DNA from: Pelomyxa schiedti
Lineage: Eukaryota; Protista; Evosea
Assembly: GCA_020536535.1 (NCBI GenBank)
Contig: JAHLWZ010000888.1
Span: 1-58,422 of the forward strand
Direction: 5' to 3'
DNA length: 58,422 nt
Shown here: piece by piece, positions 48,501 through 58,422 of the stretch
Position numbering within the stretch: position 1 is the first letter of the stretch
Layout: each line of letters opens with the position of its first letter
Translations under genes and position numbers: made by a program
Notes under the pieces: model-generated
What the model was told of the DNA's origin: nothing
The model's database searches: none
Seen by the model: the letters and a program-made list of their open reading frames with translations, nothing else

Positions 48501-50488
48501 ATGCTGAAAAGGGGTTTGTACAGTGCCAAGATTACGCTGGAATTATGTTTGTGAAGAGACTGCGACTCCTTGATGTTTTTCTTTTTCTTTATAACTACCT
48601 GCTAAGAATCACCCAGGATGCAAGAATGCAACAAGCTGAAGTCGCGGCTTACTTCAAAAAGTTTTCGGAGGCACAATCAATGTATACCAATCTTAATAGG
48701 AAGGACCTGGCCGTCAACCTTGGAATGATGCTCGGGGATTGGTTATTTCCAACTTTTGGGATTTTTATTCATCTCTCTCAAAGGTTTCGGGTTGTCAAGT
48801 TGCTGCAAACAGGAAATGTTGCAGGTGATAGTGAGTTGCACACTCGGGCACTGAATGAAATTGGGGATTTCCATGCAAGTGAACAAAAGTGGTCTTTGGC
48901 TATACCTCAGTACACACAAGTAAATTTTAGAGTAGCTCCTTTTGGTCCATTGGCTTACCATATCCTTGTTCAGACAAGAAACTGGCCTGCTCTTGCTAAG
49001 TGTCTATTCGCCATGGAAGAGTATGCAGATATTCACAAAACTGTGATTCCAAACTTACAAGAGGGACACCCTTTCTTGCTAGTATGTGCCATAGAAACAA
49101 AAGTACCTTAGCTCACTCAAATCTAAAAGACCATTGGAGAATGGCTTGAGGGAGTAGGCATTTCTGAGTCTGCAGTAGCAGCATATGTCCGTGGTGGTGA
49201 TATTAAGAAGGCCATGATGTGCTGCATTAATTTAAATGATGTAAGTAAATCTTTACACCTCGTTGTAATAAATACAAAAAAGTGGGACTCGGGTGTCAAA
49301 CTTGCCGAAAAACACAGACTTCCTCAAATGGAACCACTTGTGGCTCAGTATACCAATCATTTGCTTTCCCAAAATAAGGTCATCCAGGCCATAGAGCTTC
49401 TAAGAAAGGTTTTTCAGTAATTCATTTCACATCTCTTTTCATTCTAATTAGGCGGGATCTCATTCCCAAGCAGCGAAGCTTCTGTTCAAACTAGCAGGTG
49501 ACACAAAAGACTTCTTACGGGCGAAAAACCTCAGTATCCTCGGTGCTTTGGAGGTGGAGGCTCATAGAAAGTAATGAAATATCTCCTTTTAATCAAGGTA
49601 ATGCATTGAAGGAAGGTTATTGACCAACCACACCCTGCTGACGACACTCAAACTGGTGAGGGTGCTGAATTTTCTAAAGCCACTTTAGATGGGCTCATTA
49701 ATGACGCTAAAGCTCTCAAGTAGGAACCGATACAAAAAACCCCAACTCTTCATAAAAAACTCAAGTTTTGTAGCCAAGATAAAACTCTGCAAATTGGTTG
49801 GCGATATGCAGAAGCGTATCATTTCTTTCTTCTTGCTCAAGCACAGCTCTATAAGGGAAATGCTGACTCTGCTATGAAAACGGTTTTATCACCTCACTTT
49901 CCACTCTAACAAATTTCCAGGCTTTACACTTAATTGATTACGAGAACATTCTCAATCCAGCAAGCATTCACTCACTTATTGCTCTCACCGCATACTACGG
50001 TAAGCACTTCAAGCAGTGCTCACGTGCCCTCACTCGACTGGAGACTATGGAGACACTTACCCCGGAACAACGAAGCAATTACCAGAATCTTGCTTTTTCC
50101 ATTTTCACTAAGTTTGTGGTTCCTTATTGTTTCATTAGAAACTAACCTTCCCACAGACACCCACCACAAGACCCCGAGCACAAACGTAAATTCAAGTGCC
50201 CATCCCCCTCCTGCGGTGCACCAATTGCTGAGTGGTAAGTGCGATTTAATTTTAAGTTACTGGTGACAAAGCCCCAGGGCGTCTACCTGCACCACGTGTC
50301 ACACACACATCTCTGTATGCGTAGCATCCGGGAAGCCAATACTGGACAACAGGTAGAAACAATCCCCAGGCTTTTCCGCTAAGTATTTGCTTTTCAGATA
50401 CGTGACGTGCCGTGTATGCAAACATCCAACAAGCGAGTCCGAAATGCCCAAAAGAAAATCTTGTGCCTTGTGCCACCACCTAATGTAG
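45541..50488 (+). CDS. WDR35: WDR35 / IFT121 (IFT-A complex subunit)
   Basis: '[11 protein letters not shown]', 'NKTLSGHSG', '[14 protein letters not shown]', 'WYEDMINSR', '[10 protein letters not shown]', '[10 protein letters not shown]', '[15 protein letters not shown]', C-terminal 'CVASGKPI...CALCH'. Confidence 0.95.
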
Positions 50489-50521
50489 ACATACAACAAA
50501 CTACGAAAATAAAACACATTA

Positions 50522-53500
50522 TTAAAAATATCTTTCTTCTACAAACAATGGGGGGTCTTCAAGACCCTCCAACCGCGCAAAGGCAGACAAGGCTGCATCA
50601 GATACATGAATACTGAAGATAGACTTCAGCACTGCATCTTCAGATAATGACGCCTGTTGGGAGGTAACTTTCACATGGGAAGTTGTGAGTGGTACATTTA
50701 GAAGATTCTTCAGATGTCTGACACAGCCTTCAAAATTGAGAGAGAGTAGCTTTTCCTGATTTGCGTGGAGGAGACCTATGAGTGTGAATTCAAATTGCCA
50801 AGTACCACGTAATATGTTACCAAGAGCACATCGAAAGATCATAGGGATACCTCCTGCAATAATACAATCCCACATACGACATGCTATTGCTAATGGAACA
50901 GCATGCGCGAATAGTGTCATGAACCTTTATTCACCGTGTTTATTATATTGAAGATAAAAATGGGGAAGTACCAGTCTAACAAGTACAAGTTTGGTCCCAT
51001 GTCGAACTGCTGAAAGCGCTCAAAGAGATCCGGGAGATTTTCAGCAAATAGAAGATTGTATAAATTCAAGTATTTAACAAGTGCAGTCAAGTCCATCGAA
51101 AATAAAATCTGGAAGAAGACAGATCCACAAAGAAGATTGACAAAGCTTTCAAATGCCTCTGGCGGCTCCATATGCATAACTAACATTGCCCCAACATGTG
51201 ACATGCCTTGAACCTTAACGCAAGGATTATGGAGGAGTAAATGGAGGAGGAGTCTTGCATAGCCAATATCAGGTCTGTACTGCGTGAACATTGCCAGAAC
51301 ACCAACGAGCTGCTGGTACAAGGCACCTACATATTTTTCACTGTATCCAGAGAAATTGTACAAGATACCGTTATCATTAAACAGTCCCAGCTCGGGAAAT
51401 GTTCTAGGAATATCAACGTCTAACATCCTCGACGTTTCCCCCCCTAGGAAATGGTGATTAGGATTGGAACTGTTATACTTATTTGGTTTAGACACCTTGT
51501 GCAAGTTCTTCCCGAGCGTGCTTCTCAAAAATGTTGTGCAACAGTGGATTTATTCCTTCCTGATTCCCAATAATGGCATGCCACACAGCGCCTCTTAGGT
51601 GACGAGGGATCCCTCTTTGGCATAGATTTGCAACTTGCCGAGGCATGTGCCTACATTAAGTAAAACTAAATTGAGGAAGCTTCAGTTCCGATTTGGACAC
51701 ACAGCTGAGGCAACGCTATTCGGTGTATAACATAACCCCACTTTTGCCCAAGTTTGGTATCGTTTTCATCATCGGCAGTAGTTGTCAACGATGCAAGATG
51801 TTGACTGAAAGAGGAGGATTGACCTCCCAACTTTCCTCCGGTTGTACGCAGTGTTCGAGAGGAAGAAAGGTTGGAGGTTGTGCGATTCAGTCTTGCTGAC
51901 ATACGTGGATTTGGTGGAGATGTTGATGTTTTTCTACGAGTTGCCGAATCACTTGAGGTGCCTGGTAGCGTAGAATAACTGCCCGATGTGGGAGGTTTTT
52001 CTGGAGGTGGCAACGCATCAACATATGTTATGGTGTGCCAATAGCCACAAGCAAGTAATACTGTTCGTTTCCCTTGTATTTGATCGATTACTGTCGGAAC
52101 CAGAATTCGATATACGTTGCTTGCGGAGAGAGTTGACAAAGCTGGTGAACTTAGTTTTGTAGCTGTAGCTGTAGTTGTGGTTGTGGTTGATGTTGTTGGA
52201 ATTTTGTAAGGTGTATGGAATACGGAGGTATTTTCTGAAGAAGTTGTTGACATCGTGCTCGTGCTCGATGTGTTTGAACTACATTCTTTACCTGGATCAG
52301 ACTCTGTAGCTACTGTGTCAATGAGTGGACTTTTGGATATATGCTCACTCGATGAAGAAGGTGATCTGCTATGAATTGGTGATTGTTCAGGTGAATGTGT
52401 AACAGATGAAGCCATGGGAGAGACAGGCTGGCCGCCTGTAGAAAGAGTACGAAGATGTGCTGGTGCTTTCGTCGAAGAAACAGAACCAGTTCGGTTGTGT
52501 GCACGGGGATGCCTCCAGTAGCCCTGAATGTGTTGAGGTTCTAACTCCATATCGGGTGTTGGTTGCTTGTCTGCAAAAGGTAATCCCAGTTGCCCATAGT
52601 CACCAAGACCACAAGAGTACAAATTTCCTTCATCTAAAAGCATTAGGAAAGGAAATAAAAGAAAGCTGAAACCATCAAGAATCAATGTGTGACCTCCACC
52701 ACAAGCAACTTGAGAAACGGAAACACCTTGCAGGGATTCTACAGGTTGTGGGCGAAATTCGCTTTGAGTATTATTGAGCCCAAGTTGGCCTATGTAGTGT
52801 AGGTCCACGGGAGAAGGATTGAAGATATTAACCATATTCTCCAAATCCCCAGGTATACAACTGGAAGTCGTCTAGTGCCAAAGATTAACCGGTGAAATAA
52901 AGGCACATTATAATTTTAGTAATTCAGTAAAATGTTAAGGGAACCTGCAATAGCAGCACTGTGGAAGTATCCACCAGACATAGAAAGAATGGAAATGCGA
53001 TTGTCAATAAAATACTCAATGGCTTTAGGTTCCCATTGGTCCTTTTCATCGCCGTGGCCAAGTCTTCCATCTGCAACTTGATTATTTTGTAGAACAGTGA
53101 GACCAGAAGACCTTGTCCTTTCCCCCAGGTGTAGAGTACATTTGAATCGGTTAAACACATAGAGTGACTAAATCCACACTTGATGCATATTATTCTCGCC
53201 CCTTCAAAGAATTCCAGTTTTCTTGGAGTTTGCACATCAGAGACTTTTCCAAGGCCAAGTCTGCCTGAATATTAATTGTTGGCTCGATTCCGTCTGTTAT
53301 GGGTTCCACAGATTTGTTTTTTATTGTTTCATGACCATTTGTTTGCTGGATTGGTTTTTTAAATGATGGAACTTACCATTTGCACCTTTACCCCAACAAT
53401 AAATGGATCCGTTGTCACTCAAACAAAGTGTGTGACCTGAACCACATGCAACTCTGGAAAATGAATTCTTGGAACTCTATTTCAAAAAAAACCTGGTAAT

Positions 53501-54167
53501 CTTGATTCGATGAAGGCTAAAGACAAGTGTGGGGGTGAGGTGGTATGCGGTACTCCCAATCCCAAGCTGCCCATCATGCCCTGCACCCCAAGCATAGACA
53601 GCACCACTGGCTAAAAAAAAAACTTAGGTTGGTTTACACAGAGAGCGACAGACCTGTTAATGCAACTGTGTGGTCATTTCCAGCTGCAACATCAACAAAT
53701 CTCTGTCTTTCTAGAATTTTTACCAGTGCTAAGGACTTAACTGCCCACGGAACATTCTGGTCAGTTAAGTTCCCATGGCCAAGTTGTCCACTACAATTCC
53801 ATCCCCAGGTGAAAACATCACCTGTATCTAAACGGCGCTCATTAACACACAAAAAAAAGTAGATTGCGTGCCTGTTACGGCGGCAGTGTGCTTTCCACCA
53901 CACGTAATGGAAGTCAGCTTAGTTCCTTCCAACGACAACACAGCACGAGGAAACCACTGATCATAACTATCCCCATGACCCAACTATGCACCATTAGAAA
54001 GCAAACAAGGGGGAAAAAAAAAAAATGAAAACCAAAAAAAAAAAACAAAAAAAAAACGAAAACAGAAAAACAAACAAACACAAAAAAGCACCGACGCAAC
54101 ATACTTGACCGTCACCACCTCGCCCCCAAATATAAACTTGGTGCAAGGACGCCCCGTCTCCGTTCAT
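50522..54167 (-). CDS. RCC1-repeat + TBC (Rab-GAP) domain protein
   Basis: RCC1 repeats 'VFTWGWNCSGQLGHG', 'CGFSHSMCL', 'CGGGHTLIL'; TBC 'RGIPRHLRGAVW', 'LDVDIPRTFP', 'RPDIGYVQGM', 'RMWDCII'. Confidence 0.9.
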
Positions 54168-54321
54168 CTTTGTATTTTTCCGAGATCTTGTTTTTTCTAA
54201 GATCCCTGATGAGAGCGGTCGATAGAAATGTCGATTGAAGAACGTGAGCCGACCGTTGTTTTTCGTCCGCCGGGATCTGCTAACAAGCTCTCACAACTAC
54301 CACAACCGGTTAACCGGCCGA

Positions 54322-56181
54322 ATGGGACTCTGGTCTGCAGTGGTGTGGCTCGTTGAGGTGACAGTAGCAACTACGGTCTTTGCTGTGGACACCTACGAGC
54401 CGGTTGTATCTCTGCCTGGCATAGGTACCACACACGCGTATGCCGTAACAATGACGATACTCACGGGCGCAAGACATGTCCAAGGTGCCTTTTAAGATGT
54501 ACTCTGGCTACGTAAGTGTCGGCGACCCTGGGAACGGGCACCAACTCTTCTTTATGTTAGCGGAGAGTGCTTCAGCACCTGCCGAGGACCCAGTTGTTCT
54601 CAAGCTTGGCGGGGGCCCCGGTATGCCGTCGCTGCAGTGCATTGAGTGATTTCTGAGTCACTTTTTGGGTACAGGTTGTTCTGGCTTGGGGGAAGGATTC
54701 TACGAGATGGGTCCGTTTGTTGTAGAGCCAAGTGGAGATACACTTCGTATTAACGAGTGGAGTTACAACTCCATTGCCAATGTCCTTTTCCTGGAGTCTC
54801 CGTGTGGTGTCGGATTCAGCCAGGTGTGTTTCACAATACTAGTTTCCCCTAAGATTTTCCACAAGCCTACTGACCCGAATAAAATTGTTACCTCAGATTC
54901 TATTTCTACAGAAGAGGCATTCGAGTTCCTCTCCACCTTCTTTTCCAAATTTCGCCCTGACATGCTTAAAAAGTATCTTTCCTCTTTTTCCATCCTCGGT
55001 GTAACTCTTATTCTCAAGTGAGCTTTGGATCACGGGAGGCAGCTATTGTGGGCACTATATCCCACTCCTTGCGAGTTACATTATTCAAAACAACGGGGAA
55101 TACGGCGTGAACTTGAATTTTATTGGGTACAGCACTCTCGCACTCTTTTTGACTACCTATCATCTAGATTTACCCTCGGCAACCCTCTCACTGATCTAGG
55201 ATACGACCAATTTGCACAATTGGTTAATAGTAAAACAACGTACTTCTTCTTATTTTCTTTCAGAATGTTCTTTGGACTCATACTATAATCACTACCCCTT
55301 CCTATGAAGCCGCGTTAAGCAACTGCAATCTCTCTGCTCCTACACTCCTTGGCCCTCCGCCTCCACCTGATCCACAATGCACCGTATGTGTTTTAACGGG
55401 ATCCCATTGTCGACTAAACAACGTAGGCAGCAATTATAAAGATAAAAGAGGAAATGGGGTCTATTGACCGCTACGAGCTTTATGCAAACCCTTGCATAGA
55501 TAATGTTACCCTCTTTTTGTTAATAAGCCTTTAATGTTGCCTTAACATTAGGAAACAGTTTGGGGACGGCCACAGCCCCTATACGAACCCTGCATTGACT
55601 CATACGTGGATAAATGTTTGTTCCTTCCTCTGAACATAATTAACAAGACAAGATATGAATATTCCCGAAGTTCAACGGTCCTTGAATGTTAACGGCACAG
55701 TTTTGTGGGAAAGCTGCAGCCAGCAGGTTGTTTCTCACTTTCCGTCATACATTTATCCCCCACCAGGTGTTTCAAGATTGGTCATCATCCGACTTTGCCC
55801 AGAGCATGCTCCCAGTATGGGAAACGCTTTTCCAGAGTGAATTGAGAATGCTTGTGTATGGAGGTGACGTGGATGGTGTAATTCCACCCAGTGGCACGAG
55901 GGCGTGGATTGATAGTCTCTCACAGCCAGTAGTGTCCTCTTGGAAGCCATGGCTTGTTCAGAACCAGGTACGGTATCCCCCAATTTTATTCACCCAAAAT
56001 CCATAGGTTGCTGGTTATGTTACTTACTACGAGACACTCACCTTTGCGACTGTAAAAAATGCTGGGTTTGGCGCCACTAATAAAATCAAACCTAACTTTA
56101 CACAGGCACATGGTGGCTTATTGCCAACCAGAAAGAGCTTTTCACATGTGGTCGCATTTTATAAAAAACATTCCACTTTGA
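54322..56181 (+). CDS. Serine carboxypeptidase (peptidase S10)
   Basis: Signal peptide; 'MYSGYVSV', 'GGGPGCSG', 'EMGPF', '[15 protein letters not shown]', '[12 protein letters not shown]', '[10 protein letters not shown]', 'TVKNAGHMV'. Confidence 0.92.
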
Positions 56182-56278
56182 AGAGACAGGACAAACGGGC
56201 CTATTAGGGATAGGATGCACATCGGCAGTGACCACAAACTGACGCTTGTGTGGGTTCTGCCCACACAAAGCACAGTTA

Positions 56279-58422
56279 TCATGGTTGGTTGGTGTTGCTC
56301 GTGGGTGGTGCTGTTCCTGTTGTAGTAGTGGTTGTTGTGCTCAGAGTTGTTTCAGTGGTGGGAGCTGCATTTGGTTCTGGGGTTGTGGGTCTTTGTTGTT
56401 CATTTACAGCTTTCTTTAGCTTCGCTGCGAAACCCCTGATAGTGCCGGCTTTGTTTCTTATTTCCTGGAAGTAAAAGCAGCGTCAGTAGAGTTGGATGGT
56501 TTTTGTTTTGGCTTTTTTTGGTTTGGTTGAATGGGAGAGGGAACACACAGAAGGTGCTGTGGCACGTTTTATCTGGTTGTCCCTCTTCGCTTTTACTTCA
56601 GCTTGTTCTTTGTCTTTCTTGTTTGCTTCTCGTGCATCTTCTACGGCTGTACAAAATTGGCTCAACGTGGCCATCATATCCTCTGGTGGGGTGTCCTCGT
56701 CTTCGCCGAAATGCTCTAGGAAATGCTCATAGTCAGATTTCACCTTATCAAATGCGGGTTCCAGTTTTGATAGCTCAGCAGAGGCACTGGCAACAAAAGA
56801 CTAAGAATTCTTTAGAATGACAATAGGATGTTTTATGGAACACACTGAAAGTGTCTTCTTGAACTGTTCATCCAACTCACTTTGTGGGGGGCTCTCCATG
56901 TGCTCCTGGGAAGCTGAAACCCCACGTTTGAGTTCTTCGAGTTCAGCAGATATTTGCACAAAAGAGCCTGCAACGGTTACCGCACACTTCAATTTTTCTC
57001 CTACCTAATTTAGAGGCTTCTGGTAACCCAGACAATTCAGAAGTAAAATTGGCAAGTCCCATATTCTCCAAGTGATAAACGATGTATCTTAGGAGATTTG
57101 TGTTTCCCGAGGAAGAGCGAGTATCTGCCAGCTGCACATGTTACACATGGTTTATTTCCTATGAAGAGTACTTTAACGAGAGAATCCAAGTGAAATCCAC
57201 TTGCTGCTCCTCGGAACGAGCCAGAATTAATAAAATTTCCAATTGATAAAATTACCTATTTATATAAGTGAAAGAATACTGGAGGGTGCATTCATACAGG
57301 TAAAACTTGAGAAAATCCTTTGCTTGTCATAAGTTGCTCGATACCCAAGGAGAGTGCATTTATTCCCTGTATATACAAAATAAGGAAAGATAATGAACTC
57401 ATTGGGAAAAAATACCGCCCAAATGGAACTTGTCAATTGTGGGTAACGCAACACAAACTCGAAACAGCATAATTTTATCTCCAACTCGGGAACGGCTATA
57501 ATAGTAATAAAGAACTACTTGGGTGTTGATCCTTCAAAAATAAGGCAAAAGAAGGACCTGCTCTGCCTTTCCCAGAAGTGCTCTATCCCCAGAATATGCT
57601 TTGAGTAATTCTATCTGGAAAGGTCATTAGTCTTGCCCATCACAGCCCCTCCCACAAAAGAAAGGAGTACTTCATCAGGAGTAGGGATATTCTTCAAGAG
57701 AGCTCGTACAGAGTCAAGTGACAGTTGACTCGTTTTCAGTTGTATTATAGTATCTCTTATTTCGTCATAGGAGAGTTTAATTTGTGATAGTGCAATTGCT
57801 ATTGGGTGAGTTAAGCAGTGTAGAGAGGTGAATGCTACCCACCAACATTATTTGACCTTTTGCTGTCTAGAATGTTTACTAACTTCACCTTAACCGGAGT
57901 GGGTGATGCTGTTCCTGTAGCAGCGGCGGGTGCTGTTTGGAGTTAACTCATTTGTTGGTCATCTTGTAGTACCTGTCTTTTTGTCAGTATTCGAACAGAA
58001 TAAGCTTTCCAGAGCTGCAAAGTCAACAGGGACGGTTGAAACCTGGCCCCAAAATGTCGAGCGTGCCTTTCTATCGGGAATTTTGTTCCAAGCAAGCTGC
58101 TTCATTTTCACTTGCGGAGTTGGAACTGATGCTTGGTAAGTAATATATTTATGTAACAAGTAGCAAAAGGCGATACCAGCAGAAGCTGGACTACGGGCAC
58201 CACGTCCACGACCGCCTGGTGGGGGAGGCGGAGGAGGACCGATACCAGGTGGTGGTGGAGGTGGTGGTGGGCAGCCTGCGTTGGGTGGTGGTGGTGCAGG
58301 GGGTGCTACGGGTATACTTGATACAGATGTGTCCTCAGTATTTTGAGTATCTAATGGTTCATAGACAAACTTTGACACTGGGGGTGGTGGGGGTGGGGGA
58401 GGCGCAGGGGGTACGGCAGACG
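56279..58422 (-). CDS. Formin (FH1 poly-Pro + FH2), 5' part outside the window
   Basis: Poly-Pro FH1; 'KMKQLAWNKI', 'ILDSKRSNN', 'LSIGNFINSGSFRGAASGFHLDSL', 'LADTRS...NLLRYIV', 'HFGED'. Confidence 0.93.

Noticed and set aside
8715-50488. Functional ciliary gene cluster (IFTAP, SCAPER, PACRG, WDR35)
   Set aside because: Genes are dispersed among unrelated housekeeping genes; chance co-occurrence in a compact genome cannot be excluded
1-58422. Alternative genetic code or stop-codon read-through
   Set aside because: In-frame stops checked fall within GT/GC-AG introns; TAA, TAG and TGA all terminate conserved genes

Overview
Gene-dense eukaryotic (protist) DNA, not prokaryotic. About 21 protein-coding genes are split by many short (mostly ~40-60 nt) spliceosomal introns, so the supplied ORF track shows only exon fragments. 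The compact intergenic gaps, ciliary genes and an 'HPRLG..SP' N-terminal motif suggest a flagellated amoebozoan such as Pelomyxa (inference only). Gene order: RhoGEF (DH-PH, 5'-truncated); two tandem histidine-phosphatase paralogues; RING E3; two convergent divergent actins flanking an IFTAP/C11orf74-like gene; SCAPER; a PARP-type ZnF-PADR1-BRCT protein with no visible PARP catalytic domain; a Spen/FPA-like RRM-SPOC protein; PACRG; DRG GTPase; a ~2.6 kb host-gene-free island with hairpins and a Helitron-like PIF1 helicase remnant; a secreted Q/T/K-rich protein; a WD40 protein; USP48-like; CKS1; a coiled-coil protein; WDR35/IFT121; an RCC1-TBC protein; an S10 carboxypeptidase; and a formin (5'-truncated). 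The most interesting signals are the PARP-sensor fusion to an unknown domain, the actin pair with altered catalytic residues and near-identical inverted 3' ends, the Helitron-like island, and a 5'-to-3' compositional gradient with A-rich acceptors lacking a polypyrimidine tract. All exon structures were read by eye and all family assignments come from recalled motifs, not database searches.
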